Source of the DNA: an uncultured Gemmatimonadales bacterium
Lineage (GTDB): Bacteria > Gemmatimonadota > Gemmatimonadetes > Gemmatimonadales > GWC2-71-9
Reading direction: 5' to 3'
Assembly (NCBI GenBank): GCA_963739455.1
Contig: CAVUAK010000001.1
Location: 896,001-960,000, forward strand
DNA length: 64,000 nucleotides
The position numbers and the translations under genes are program-made. The notes below the pieces were generated by a model. It was not told where the DNA came from, did not search any database, and worked only from the letters and a program-made list of their open reading frames with translations. Positions 20,769-30,639 of the stretch are shown here, one piece after another. Each line of letters begins with the position of its first letter. Position 1 is the stretch's first letter.

Positions 20769-21869
20769 ATGGCCGGTCAGCGCTACAGCCTCAATCGCTT
20801 CCGCAAACAACCAGCGCACTCGCCACCGGATGTGCGCGTCCGCGATTTTCACCGAACCCTTCCCGGCTACGCCCCCACGCCACTCGTGCGCCGAACGGCA
20901 CTTGCGCAGGCACTCGGGCTCGGCGACCTGTACGTGAAGTACGAAGCGCCGCGATTCGGGCTTGGTGCGTTCAAGGGGCTTGGTGCATCCTGGGCGTTGC
21001 ATCGACTGGCACAGGTGCAGGGCAGCCCGGCTGCAGTGTCGGCGGCGAGCGAGGGCAATCACGGGCGCGCCGTTGCCTGGGCAGCGCGGCTGCAGGGCAT
21101 TCCCTGCACGATCTTCCTGCCGGCGCATGTCGCGGCCGAGCGGGTCGCGAACATCAGGGCCGAAGGCGCGACCGTCGTCCTCGTGGATGGGAGCTATGAG
21201 GATACCGTGAGACGCTGCGACACCGAGAGCCGGGAGCACGGGCGGCAGGTCATCTCCGACGTGGGCTACGACGGATACCTCGACATACCCGAGCTTGTGG
21301 TCGAGGGATACAGCACACTGTTCCAGGAGATGGACGAGCAGCTCGATGCTGTGTACTCGCCGCAACCGGACCTGGTGCTGATCCCCGGTGGTGTGGGCGG
21401 AATTCTTCACGCCGGAGTGGTGCACTACCGTGGCCGGCCGGGTGTGCGTGTTGTCGGCGTCGAGCCGGCATCAGCCGATTGCCTCACCACTTCGCTCGAG
21501 TCGATTGACGGACGGCCGACGGTGGCCACCGGCAATGGCGTCACGACGATGGCGTGCCTCAATTGCGCCGAAGTGAGCCGGTCGTCATGGCCGGCAATCA
21601 GGGCGGGCGTGGATGCGATGGTTGCGATCGACGATCAGGCAGCCGCACAGGGTGTACGCCTGCTCTACCGCGCCGCCCCCGACGATGCCGCGCTTGAAGC
21701 GGGCACCTCGGGAGCTGCGACTACTGGCGCACTCTCCGCATTGATGCGCGACCCCCAGTGGAACGGCCTGCGCGATCACCTGGGCGTCGGCCCGTCCTCG
21801 CGGGTACTCGTGCTCTGCACCGAGGGCGCGATCAACCGGGCCGAGTTCGAGCGCTGCATCTCCGGCTGA
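20769..21869 (+). CDS. PLP-dependent fold-II enzyme, diaminopropionate ammonia-lyase family
   Basis: LPGYAPTPL, RFGLGAFKGLGASWA, SEGNHGRAVAW, MACLNC, CTEG. Confidence 0.85.
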   Translation: MAGQRYSLNRFRKQPAHSPPDVRVRDFHRTLPGYAPTPLVRRTALAQALGLGDLYVKYEAPRFGLGAFKGLGASWALHRLAQVQGSPAAVSAASEGNHGRAVAWAARLQGIPCTIFLPAHVAAERVANIRAEGATVVLVDGSYEDTVRRCDTESREHGRQVISDVGYDGYLDIPELVVEGYSTLFQEMDEQLDAVYSPQPDLVLIPGGVGGILHAGVVHYRGRPGVRVVGVEPASADCLTTSLESIDGRPTVATGNGVTTMACLNCAEVSRSSWPAIRAGVDAMVAIDDQAAAQGVRLLYRAAPDDAALEAGTSGAATTGALSALMRDPQWNGLRDHLGVGPSSRVLVLCTEGAINRAEFERCISG

Positions 21870-21877
21870 CCTGTTGC

Positions 21878-23479
21878 TCAGGGCGAGCCGAGAGGAATGT
21901 CTGCCTTGCTCCACGCGGCGGCGATGCGCGGCTCGAGCGCCCCAGCCTCTGTCTTCGCACCACTCGCCGCCAGGCTCTTCGACAACCCGTACAGCGCCTC
22001 GCCACTCTCGGGATACTGCGCCAGTACCTCCTGATAGACTGCGGCCGCTTCCTTCGCCCGGTGGGCCTCGAGCAGTGCTGCGCCAAGCGCCAGGCGTGTC
22101 GGGTGATGCCAGAATGCCGGCTCCATGTAGGGCAGGCTGTCCTCCGCCGCGACCGCACGCTGGTACGCGGCGATTGCCTTGGCACCATTGCCAGCCTGCT
22201 GCGCGATGTTCCCTTCCAGCAACGCCGCCGAGATCTCCAACAGCAACTTCCGCACGCCGGCAGGCTCTGCCTTCGCGAGCGACTGCACCGTATCCAGCGT
22301 TGCCGCCGCCTCGGCGCCGCGGCCCCTCGCCGATAGCGCCGAGCCACGGGCGTAGAGCGCCATGCCGCGGGCCGCATGCAGCGTGTCAGGCGGCACCGTC
22401 AATGCCAGGATGTCGTCCCACCTGCCGTACTCCGCGAGGTACACGAACTGCGCCGGCACCACGTACTCCGCCTCCACAGCGAGCAGCGCCACCTCTAGTG
22501 GTGTGCGCTCCGCCGCCGCCGCCGCTGCAGTCATCGCCTCCTGGCTTCGCCCTGCAAACGCCGAGGCAAAGGCGAGGAAGTGGTAGTTGTGCGGGTAATA
22601 CAGGGCGAGGTAGACACTCGGTTGTCCGGGACGGTCGGCCATGAACGTCTGGTCGGCGTGGACGGCGTGCACGTTGGCGTCCACCGCCTCGTTGTAACGA
22701 CCCACCCTCGCATAGATGTGCGCGGGCATGTGCACCACATGCCCTGCGGCCGGCATCAGCGATGCGAGCCGCTCGGCGCACGGCACCGCCAGCGCCGGCT
22801 TCACCTTCTCGACCGCGTGGATGTAGTAGTGACACGCCCCGGGATTCATCGAATCGGCGGCGATCGCCTCTTCGAGAATCGGCACCAGCTGCTCCATTCC
22901 AGGATTGGGCTGACCCTGCGCATCCCAGTAGTTCCAGGGACTGAGGTCCATCAGCGACTCGGCGTAGAGCACCTGCGCGTCGACGTCCGCGGGGAACTGC
23001 TGCGCCACCTGCGCCATCGCGCGGGAGTAGGCGCTGTCGAGTGGTGCGCGGGCGGCCGGCGCAGGATCGGCGTAGCGCGCGGCAAGGGCGTCGACATACG
23101 CGCGCTCAAGAGCCGACACCTTTGGCGCAGCGGCGCGTGCCCTTGTGAGCGCCTCCCATGCCGGCGCCCCCGCGGCCGGGTCCATCGGCAGGTTGATGTT
23201 GGGCCCCAGCACCAGTGCCACGCCCCACCAGCACATGGCACAGTCGGGATCGAGCGCTGCCGCGGCCCGGAACGAGCGCTCTGCCTCGGGATGGTTGAAA
23301 CCGTATGCCAGGCGCAGGCCCTGGTCGAAGAGCTGCTGCGCCCCGGGCTTCGCAGTGACAGCGAAATGGTGGTTGCCCAGTCCCTCGATGATCGCCTCCG
23401 TAGCGACCGGGGCGTCGGCCTTGCGACTGCAGCCGGCGAGTCCCAGGAGCACGAGCGCTGAATATCGGGTGAATCGCAT
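21878..23479 (-). CDS. TPR-repeat lipoprotein
   Basis: Lipobox LAGC, FDQGLRLAYGFNHPEA, HYYIHAVE, GHVVHMPAHIY, YPHNYHF. Confidence 0.85.
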   Translation of the reverse strand: MRFTRYSALVLLGLAGCSRKADAPVATEAIIEGLGNHHFAVTAKPGAQQLFDQGLRLAYGFNHPEAERSFRAAAALDPDCAMCWWGVALVLGPNINLPMDPAAGAPAWEALTRARAAAPKVSALERAYVDALAARYADPAPAARAPLDSAYSRAMAQVAQQFPADVDAQVLYAESLMDLSPWNYWDAQGQPNPGMEQLVPILEEAIAADSMNPGACHYYIHAVEKVKPALAVPCAERLASLMPAAGHVVHMPAHIYARVGRYNEAVDANVHAVHADQTFMADRPGQPSVYLALYYPHNYHFLAFASAFAGRSQEAMTAAAAAAERTPLEVALLAVEAEYVVPAQFVYLAEYGRWDDILALTVPPDTLHAARGMALYARGSALSARGRGAEAAATLDTVQSLAKAEPAGVRKLLLEISAALLEGNIAQQAGNGAKAIAAYQRAVAAEDSLPYMEPAFWHHPTRLALGAALLEAHRAKEAAAVYQEVLAQYPESGEALYGLSKSLAASGAKTEAGALEPRIAAAWSKADIPLGSP

Positions 23480-23483
23480 GACT

Positions 23484-24371
23484 CTATGCCTCCCACTCGT
23501 CGATGTTGCGGGGCCAGTCGTCCTTGAGCAGTCGCGACAGGCTCCGGTCTGCCAGCACGCGGCCACCGGTCTGGCAGCGCGCGCAGTAGTTGGTCTCGTT
23601 CTCCGCGTAGCGAATGCGCTGCACCGGCGCACCACATACCGGGCACGGCTTCCGGAAGCGTCCATGCACCGCCATCTCATCGTGAAAGGCGGTCACCTTC
23701 TCGGGAAAGTTGGTGCGAGCCTCGGCCCGGAGCCGGTCGGTCCATTCCATGAGCGTGCTGCGCGTCGCCTCAAAGAGTGTTGCTACCTGCTCGTCGTCGA
23801 TGCGCGAGCTGAGCATCAGCGGCGATAACTTCGCGCGATGCAGGATCTCGTCGGAGTAGGCGTTGCCGATGCCACTCATGAGATGGGGATCGGTGAGCGA
23901 GCGCTTGAGGGTGTGGTTCTCGCTCCGAAGCCGCTGGCTGAACTCCGTGAGGCTTGCATTGAGCACCTCGAGGCCTCCTCGTTCAAAGGCGGCGAGAGCC
24001 GCCTCTCCCCGCACCACGTGAATGGAAGCCCGGCGCTTTGAGCCTGCTTCGGTGAGATAGAGCGTACCATCGGGAAAGCCGAACTCGGCGAGCACCATCT
24101 TGCCCTTGAGGGTCTTGCCCGGCGCGCGCCAGCGCAATCGCCCCGCGATCATGAGATGGATCACGACGAAAAACTCCCCCTCCAGGCCGAGCACGATCCG
24201 CTTGCCCAGGCGGCGGATACCAGTGACGGTGCACCCCTCCACCTCGGAGATCGGCGGGTCCACCGTCCGCAGCACGAATGGGCTGGGCAGGCGCACTCCC
24301 ACCAGCGGCTGCCCCAGTAGCAGCGGCGTGAGGCGCTCGATATACACGACGACATCCGGCAGTTCCGGCAC
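23484..24371 (-). CDS. Fpg/Nei family DNA glycosylase
   Basis: N-terminal PELPDV, HLMIAG, H2TH GIGNAYSDEIL, zinc finger CPVC..CARCQ. Confidence 0.92.
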   Translation of the reverse strand: MPELPDVVVYIERLTPLLLGQPLVGVRLPSPFVLRTVDPPISEVEGCTVTGIRRLGKRIVLGLEGEFFVVIHLMIAGRLRWRAPGKTLKGKMVLAEFGFPDGTLYLTEAGSKRRASIHVVRGEAALAAFERGGLEVLNASLTEFSQRLRSENHTLKRSLTDPHLMSGIGNAYSDEILHRAKLSPLMLSSRIDDEQVATLFEATRSTLMEWTDRLRAEARTNFPEKVTAFHDEMAVHGRFRKPCPVCGAPVQRIRYAENETNYCARCQTGGRVLADRSLSRLLKDDWPRNIDEWEA

Positions 24372-24415
24372 GCTGCCCCCGCGAAAGTCTCCCCGAGTCT
24401 AACTTCCCCGCCGTC

Positions 24416-24898
24416 ATGAGATCGACTGCTGCTTCCCGCACGATCGCGCTGCTCGAGGGCGCCAAGGGCCTCCTGGTCCTGCTGGCCGGCGTTGGCCTGC
24501 TGGGGCTGATCCATCACGATGTGCAGGCGGTGGCCGAGGCGCTGGTGCGCGAGGCACACCTCAACCCTGCCAGTCACATCCCCCGGATCTTCATCGAGGC
24601 GAGCGGCCGGCTCGATGACCGTCATCTCGTGCTGCTCGCCCTCGGCGCCCTGGTCTATGCGATCGTCCGGCTCGCCGAAGCCTATGGGCTCTGGCACGAG
24701 CAGGCATGGGCCCAGTGGTTCGGCGCATTGAGTGGCGGGCTATACCTGCCGTTCGAGGTCAGGCTGCTGCTGCACCGCTTCACCATGCTGCGCCTGCTGG
24801 TCTTCGTGTGCAACCTCATCATCGTGGGCTACCTGGTACGACGGATCCAGCTCCGCCGTCGTGAGCTTCACGCACGACTCACGACTCACGACTTGTGA
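24416..24898 (+). CDS. DUF2127 membrane protein
   Basis: IALLEGAKG, EAYGLW, YLPFEV. Confidence 0.85.
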   Translation: MRSTAASRTIALLEGAKGLLVLLAGVGLLGLIHHDVQAVAEALVREAHLNPASHIPRIFIEASGRLDDRHLVLLALGALVYAIVRLAEAYGLWHEQAWAQWFGALSGGLYLPFEVRLLLHRFTMLRLLVFVCNLIIVGYLVRRIQLRRRELHARLTTHDL

Positions 24899-24907
24899 CC
24901 TCCGACT
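24858..24907. repeat. Heptamer repeat CACGACT across the DUF2127/methyltransferase junction
   Basis: CACGACT x3 (24873-24893), TGTGACC, TCCGACT; inverted GTCGTGAG at 24858. Confidence 0.75.
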
Positions 24908-25989
24908 GCTACGCCATCTGCGCCCCCGGCATCGAGGCCATCACCGCATTTGAGCTTCAGTCGCTGGGCGCCACGATCGATGCCACCGAGCCTGGCGGCG
25001 TGTCATTCCAGGCCGATGCCTCGCTGCTCTACCGCGCCAATCTCGAGCTGCGGACGGCAAGCCGGGTGTTGAAGCGCGTGGCCCACTTCGATGCGCGCAC
25101 CTGGTTCGAGCTCGAGCGTCACGCCAAGAAGATCCCCTGGAGCTCACTGCTCGGCGCAGGCATGGTCCCCGAGTTCGAGGTCACCAGCCGCAAGTCGAAG
25201 CTCTACCACAACCGCGGCATTGCGGAGCGGCTCACGCGGGTGGTGGGCGCCGAAGCCAGCGCCGCCGATGTGGATCCGTCCCAGGTCGCGCGATTCCAGG
25301 TGCGCGCGGTACGCGATCACTTTACCATCTCGGCCGATGCATCGGGAGAGCATCTGCATCGCCGTGGCTACCGTCTCGAGACCGCGAAGGCCCCGCTCCG
25401 CGAGACACTAGCCGCCGCCATGCTGCTCGGCTGCAAATGGAACGGTACCGGCGCGCTGTTAGATCCCTTCTGCGGGTCGGGCACCATACCCATCGAGGCA
25501 GCACTCCTGGCGCGGCGGATTCCTCCTGGACTCAACCGGAACTTCGCCTTTGAGTCCTGGCCCGATTTCGACGCGAAGTTGTGGGCGAAGATTCGCGCCG
25601 ATGCCGAATTGCGGATCGCGGCGACGGGCCCCGTCATCGTGGGGAGCGACCGCGACGCTGGTGCCATCGAGGCGGCACAGGCGAACGCTACACGGGCTGG
25701 CGTCAATGCGGCCATCGAGTTCCGCAACGTGCCGCTGTCCGCCATGCGCCCGATGCCCGGGCCCGGCCTCCTGCTGACAAATCCTCCCTATGGAGCTCGT
25801 ATCGGCGAGGAGAAGGCACTGCGCAATCTCTATGCGCAGCTGGGCAACGTCGCCCGGACACTCCTTCCGGGATGGCAGCTGGCCCTGCTGGGTGCCAACC
25901 CGCGCCTCGAGGGGCAGGTGGGAATGCCGCTGCAGGAAGTCTGGCGGACCAACAATGGCGGGATCCCGGTCCATCTGGTTTCGACCTGA
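24895..25989 (+). CDS. THUMP-domain RNA methyltransferase (RlmL-like)
   Basis: NLELRTASRV, LHRRGYR, APLRETLAAAML, DPFCGSGTIPIEAA, NPPYG. Confidence 0.9.
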   Translation: MTSDCYAICAPGIEAITAFELQSLGATIDATEPGGVSFQADASLLYRANLELRTASRVLKRVAHFDARTWFELERHAKKIPWSSLLGAGMVPEFEVTSRKSKLYHNRGIAERLTRVVGAEASAADVDPSQVARFQVRAVRDHFTISADASGEHLHRRGYRLETAKAPLRETLAAAMLLGCKWNGTGALLDPFCGSGTIPIEAALLARRIPPGLNRNFAFESWPDFDAKLWAKIRADAELRIAATGPVIVGSDRDAGAIEAAQANATRAGVNAAIEFRNVPLSAMRPMPGPGLLLTNPPYGARIGEEKALRNLYAQLGNVARTLLPGWQLALLGANPRLEGQVGMPLQEVWRTNNGGIPVHLVST

Positions 25990-26047
25990 CGCGCTTGGTT
26001 GTTCGAACCCGAAGCCAGTAAGTTTGCGGCCCAACTGGAGGGTACCG

Positions 26048-26701
26048 ATGTCCGAGACAACTGCTCCTGAAGGCCTGGCTGGCCGCCTTCGCGAGGCCAC
26101 TGGCGCCGCGCACACTGCCGCTGAGCGCACCGCATTCGTCAAGCACCTGTTCAAGGGTACGCTGCCGCGCGAGGGCTACGTCGGCCTGATCCGCGCGCTG
26201 CATCCCGTCTACGTGGCGCTCGAGGCGGCGATGGGTGCGCACAAGGACGACGCGGTGGTAGGCATGGTCTACGACCCCGCCCTCAACCGCGCCGAGTCGC
26301 TGGAGCAGGATCTCGAGTTCTTCGCCGGCAAGGACTGGCGGGCGATCCCGGTGGTGAAGGCGGCGTCCGATTACGCCGAGCATCTCACTGCGCTGGGCAA
26401 GTCGATGCCGCGCGGCCTCGTGGCGCACGCCTACGTGCGCTACCTCGGCGATCTCTCCGGTGGCCAGATGATGGGCCGCAGTGTCGCCAAGACCTACGAG
26501 GCCGGCGAAGCAGGCACGAACTTCTACAACTTCAAGGACGTCTCCGACGTGAACGGCCGGAAGAACACCTACCGCGCCGCCCTCACCGCGCTGCCGCTCA
26601 CCCCGAAGGAGCAGGACGAGGTGGTGCAGGAAGCCATCGCGGGGTTTGACTACGCGAAGCGGATGTTCGAGGATCTGGATAAGGCCTACCCAACGGCGTG
26701 A
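26048..26701 (+). CDS. Biliverdin-producing heme oxygenase
   Basis: LREATGAAHTAAE (proximal His), LNR...LEQDL, AHAYVRYLGDLSGGQ, FYNF. Confidence 0.92.
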   Translation: MSETTAPEGLAGRLREATGAAHTAAERTAFVKHLFKGTLPREGYVGLIRALHPVYVALEAAMGAHKDDAVVGMVYDPALNRAESLEQDLEFFAGKDWRAIPVVKAASDYAEHLTALGKSMPRGLVAHAYVRYLGDLSGGQMMGRSVAKTYEAGEAGTNFYNFKDVSDVNGRKNTYRAALTALPLTPKEQDEVVQEAIAGFDYAKRMFEDLDKAYPTA

Positions 26702-26706
26702 GGGCA

Positions 26707-26804
26707 ACTGCGTAAGGAGGAACGGCGACTGCGTGAGGAGGAACTGAAACTGCGGTAACCGCTTTTTCTGTTCCTCCGTACGCTTTTGCGGTTCCTCCTC
26801 ACGC
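26707..26804. repeat. Fold-back 21-nt repeat element
   Basis: ACTGCGT(A/G)AGGAGGAAC at 26707 and 26728; inverted GTTCCTCC(GT/TC)ACGC at 26770 and 26791. Confidence 0.8.
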
Positions 26805-26814
26805 CTTTCACACC

Positions 26815-28202
26815 ATGCCTTCCCTTTTCGACGAAGTTCGCGCCGCCCTCCGCGGCACCGACACCGACTACACCGAGGGCCCGCTCCGCCGCGCGATCAT
26901 CCTGCTCGCGGTGCCGATGGTGCTCGAGATGGTCATGGAGTCGCTCTTCGCGGTCGTGAACATTTTCTGGATCGCGAAACTCGGCGCCGATTCGGTGGCA
27001 AGTGTCGGGCTCACGGAGTCGGTGCTGTCGCTCATCTACGCACTGGCGATGGGACTGAGCATCGGCGTCACGGCGATGGTATCGCGGCGGATCGGGGAGA
27101 AGAACCAGGACGCTGCCGCGCGGGTGACGGTGCAGGCGATCCTCCTCGGACTCGCAGTAGCCACCGTTCTCGGGACATCCGGCTTCCTCTTCGCACCGCA
27201 CCTGCTCGGCCTGATGGGTGCAACCCCTGAGGTCATCCGGGCGGGAACAGGCTACGCCCGCATCATCCTGGGCGGTGAGGCGACCGTCATCCTCCTCTTC
27301 CTCATCAACGCGGCGTTCCGCGGTGCCGGCGACGCTACCATCGCGATGCGCGTGCTCTGGACGGCGAACGCGATCAACCTCCTGCTCGATCCCTTCCTCA
27401 TCTTCGGCTGGGGGCCGTTCCCCAGGCTCGGCGTCACCGGCGCGGCGGTGGCCACCACCATCGCGCGCGGGTCGGGTGTGCTCATCCAGCTTGCGGTGCT
27501 GTCCAGCGGCACTGGCCGCCTGGGTGTGGCGCGGAAGCATGTCGTTGCCGACTTCAAGCTGATGTGGTCGCTCATCCAGCTCTCGGCGGTGGGCACCTTC
27601 CAGATGATCGTCGGCATGGTGAGCTGGATCGGGCTGGTGCGGATCCTGTCCACATTCGGCAGCGCGGCGCTCGCCGGCTATACCATCGCGATCCGGGTCG
27701 TCATCTTCGCGCTGCTCCCGTCGTGGGGACTGAGCAATGCGGCGGCGACGATGGTGGGCCAGGGGCTGGGGGCGAAGAAGCCGGACCGCGCGGAGAAGGC
27801 GGTGTGGACTGCGGCCAACTACAACGCGGTGTTCCTGACCGTCGGTGGGCGTCATCTTCTTCGTCGGGGCGAACTTGCTGGTTGGGATTGTTCACGCACG
27901 ACGCCGACGTGGCGCTCTATGCGGTATCATGCCTCCGCATCGTGAGCCTCGGCTTTCCGCTCTACGCCTACGGCATGGTGCTGACGCAGTCGTTCAACGG
28001 CGCGGGCGACACCTGGACGCCGACCTGGCTCAACCTGCTCTGCTTCTGGCTCTGGGAAATTCCGCTGGCGTGGGCGCTCGCGCATGCATTGGGGTTCGGG
28101 CCACGGGGCGTGTTCATTTCCATTACCGTGGCCTTCTGTACCCTCGCAGTGGCGAGCGCCGCACTCTTCCGCCGCGGCCGCTGGAAACTCCGCGTCGTCT
28201 AG
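26815..28202 (+). CDS. MATE family efflux transporter (indels near 27845-27890)
   Basis: LAVPMVLEMVMESLF, FRGAGDA, GVTGAAVAT, GQGLGAK, FNGAGDT, FRRGRWK. Confidence 0.92.
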
Positions 28203-29074
28203 TTGCTGCTGGTCGCCGTGCCGGTACTCCGCAGGTAGGTCCAGAGCGCCTCGATTTCCCCATCAGTCATTGCAGCCGTGTACTTCCAGGGCATCCGGTC
28301 GTTGATCTGGCTTCCGTCGGGACGCTTCCCCGTGCGGAGCAGTGTCGTGAAGTCGGCGAGCGTCCAGTTGATCATGCCGCTGGTGCTGATGTTCGCCGCC
28401 GGGATCATGTCGGGCGGCTCGCCGGGGAGCAGTCCGCCGGTGAGCTTCGGGCCGTGACAGCCGTAGCAGCCGGTGGTGCGCGCGAGATACTCGCCCTCAC
28501 CCATCGGTGGGCGGATGCCGACGCTGTCGTGCGCCACGTTCGCCGCCTCGAAGATCGGCAGCTTTCCCGCAACGTAGAGGCCGCGCGCGATCGGGCCGAA
28601 CTGCCGTGCCGGGAGCGTGCGATCAACCTTCGGCAGTGTCTTGAGGTAGGCGATCAGCGCTGCCGCATCTTCGTCGGTGAGGTACTGGTACGACGAGCTG
28701 GGCATGATGACGAGCGAATGCTGGTCCGGGCCCACGCCGTTGCGGATCGCCTGATCCCATTGGGCCGGCGACCAGTTGGCCACGAGGCTTCCGGTGCCTC
28801 CGGTGAGGTTCGGCGTGGCAAGGTAGGCGAACGGCATGCCGTCGATGAAAACCTTGCCGCCGAAGTCGTCACCGTGGCAGTCACCGCACTTGCCGAGCGT
28901 GGTCGCCAGGCGCTTGCCGCGCTCGAGGGATGCGCTGTCGGTGGGCGGCGTCAGGTTCCGGCTTGCGATGTCGTACCGATGATTGAAGCGAAACGTGGTG
29001 TAGCCGTACAGCGCCACGACGGCACCTGCGATCACCATCAGCAATCCGAGAAACCAGCGTCCGAGTCGGCGCAT
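28199..29074 (-). CDS. Membrane-anchored diheme cytochrome c
   Basis: CGDCH and CYGCH motifs, PNLT, MP distal Met ligands. Confidence 0.92.
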   Translation of the reverse strand: MRRLGRWFLGLLMVIAGAVVALYGYTTFRFNHRYDIASRNLTPPTDSASLERGKRLATTLGKCGDCHGDDFGGKVFIDGMPFAYLATPNLTGGTGSLVANWSPAQWDQAIRNGVGPDQHSLVIMPSSSYQYLTDEDAAALIAYLKTLPKVDRTLPARQFGPIARGLYVAGKLPIFEAANVAHDSVGIRPPMGEGEYLARTTGCYGCHGPKLTGGLLPGEPPDMIPAANISTSGMINWTLADFTTLLRTGKRPDGSQINDRMPWKYTAAMTDGEIEALWTYLRSTGTATSSN

Positions 29075-29075
29075 G

Positions 29076-29705
29076 CTATTTCGCCCCCGTCACGTCCAGA
29101 CTGGACACGTGAAGGTTCAGGTTGTGGTTGACGCGGAGGCCCACGATGCCGTCGGTCGCGATGGCCGTTCGCGGCTGGGTGCCGACGCGGGTGCCGTTGA
29201 TCAGGAAGTCCACCGACGCGGGGCTGGCCACAATCGTGAGCGTGTTCGCGACGCTCTCCGCCTTGCCGTCGAAGAGCTTGATCGCCGGGCTCGCGGTCCA
29301 CGGGATCACGTCCTTCGTCTCCTTGCCAACGCGCTGCTTCACCAGGTACTGGCCGTCGTTGCGGATCAGGAAGTAGGTATAGCCCTCGCTGGCTGCGTCC
29401 AGGTTGCTGCCGCCGATGAACAGGCCGTAGGCCTCCGCATGCCCGCTCCCCGGCTTGAAGAGGTTGAACTTCGACTCAGCCTTGAAGGCACCCTTCGCGG
29501 TGGTGGCGGGGTTGAACAGGATGACCGACGGACCGGTGGTGACGTGCCAGCCTGGCGCCATTGCGGAGAAGACGAGCTTGGTGCTGTCGGGGCCGGGATC
29601 GTCCAGGCGCACTTTCCAGCCGTCCGGGCGCTTCGGGGCCTGCGCTGAGAGGGGCAGGGCGAGGACGGTGAGCAGCAGCAGGGCGAGACGGATGGACCGG
29701 GGCAT
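29076..29705 (-). CDS. Secreted all-beta (ConA/DUF1080-like) protein
   Basis: Signal peptide; HVTTGP, YGLFIGG, YFLIR.DG, GIVGLRVNH. Confidence 0.65.
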   Translation of the reverse strand: MPRSIRLALLLLTVLALPLSAQAPKRPDGWKVRLDDPGPDSTKLVFSAMAPGWHVTTGPSVILFNPATTAKGAFKAESKFNLFKPGSGHAEAYGLFIGGSNLDAASEGYTYFLIRNDGQYLVKQRVGKETKDVIPWTASPAIKLFDGKAESVANTLTIVASPASVDFLINGTRVGTQPRTAIATDGIVGLRVNHNLNLHVSSLDVTGAK

Positions 29706-29844
29706 GGGAAGTGGCCTTGAAAACGGGATTGTGACGCTGGGGTGGTTGCACATTTCCATACGGGAGTAATACTGAAGAAGTTCTTGTTGCGATAGGATCC
29801 CGCAGGACAGGCCTCAACAGCAACGCAGCACGCAGGAGGATGGC

Positions 29845-30639
29845 ATGACAGTCACCACGATGAACCCACCCGGCACCTTTTCCTGGATCGAGCTCGCCAC
29901 CACCGACGGGCCCGCGGCGAGGGACTTCTACAGCAAGCTCCTGGGGTGGGAGGTACGGGAAACACCAATGGGCCCCGACTTCACCTACTACATCTTCCAG
30001 CAGGACGGCGCGGATGTGGCTGCGATGTACCAGCTCGTGCCCGACCAGCTCAAGATGTCCATTCCGCCCCACTGGCTGTCCTATGTCGCCGTCGCCAGTG
30101 CCGATGAGACGAGTGCCAGGGCGGTCTCGCTCGGCGGGACCATCCTCAAGGAACCATTCGACGTGGGCACGCACGGGCGCATGGCGATGATCCTGGATCC
30201 ACAAGGCGCCGGCTTTGCGCTCTGGCAGGCCTACGACAACGGTGGAATCGGGAAGCGCGGTGAATCCGGAACGCTGGTGTGGAATGAACTTGCGTCCACT
30301 GACATCAAGGGAGCGACGGCATTCTACGCCGGGCTCTTCGGCTGGGACACCAAGGTCATGCCGATGCCGGGCATGGACTACACGATCTTCGAGCGCGAGG
30401 GATCGGGAGTTGGTGTCGGCGGGGGTTACCAGATCACGCCGGCCATGGGGCCGATCCCCTCCAACTGGCTTCCCTACTTTGCGGTGAATGATTGCGATGC
30501 CACCACATCTGCTACTGTCGCCGGTGGTGGCGCGGTGTTGATGCCGCCGCAGGACATTCCTGACGTCGGTCGCCTCGCGATGCTGCGTGATCCGGCGGGG
30601 GCGGCGTTTGCGATCCTCAAGCCGATGCCGCGGAGTTAG
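29845..30639 (+). CDS. VOC/glyoxalase family protein (two domains)
   Basis: WIELATTD..A.DFY, WLSYVAV, DPQGA; repeated in the second half. Confidence 0.92.
   Translation: MTVTTMNPPGTFSWIELATTDGPAARDFYSKLLGWEVRETPMGPDFTYYIFQQDGADVAAMYQLVPDQLKMSIPPHWLSYVAVASADETSARAVSLGGTILKEPFDVGTHGRMAMILDPQGAGFALWQAYDNGGIGKRGESGTLVWNELASTDIKGATAFYAGLFGWDTKVMPMPGMDYTIFEREGSGVGVGGGYQITPAMGPIPSNWLPYFAVNDCDATTSATVAGGGAVLMPPQDIPDVGRLAMLRDPAGAAFAILKPMPRS

Noticed and set aside
26707..26804. Possible mini-CRISPR
   Set aside because: Units are nearly adjacent with no unique spacers, half are inverted, and no cas genes are present
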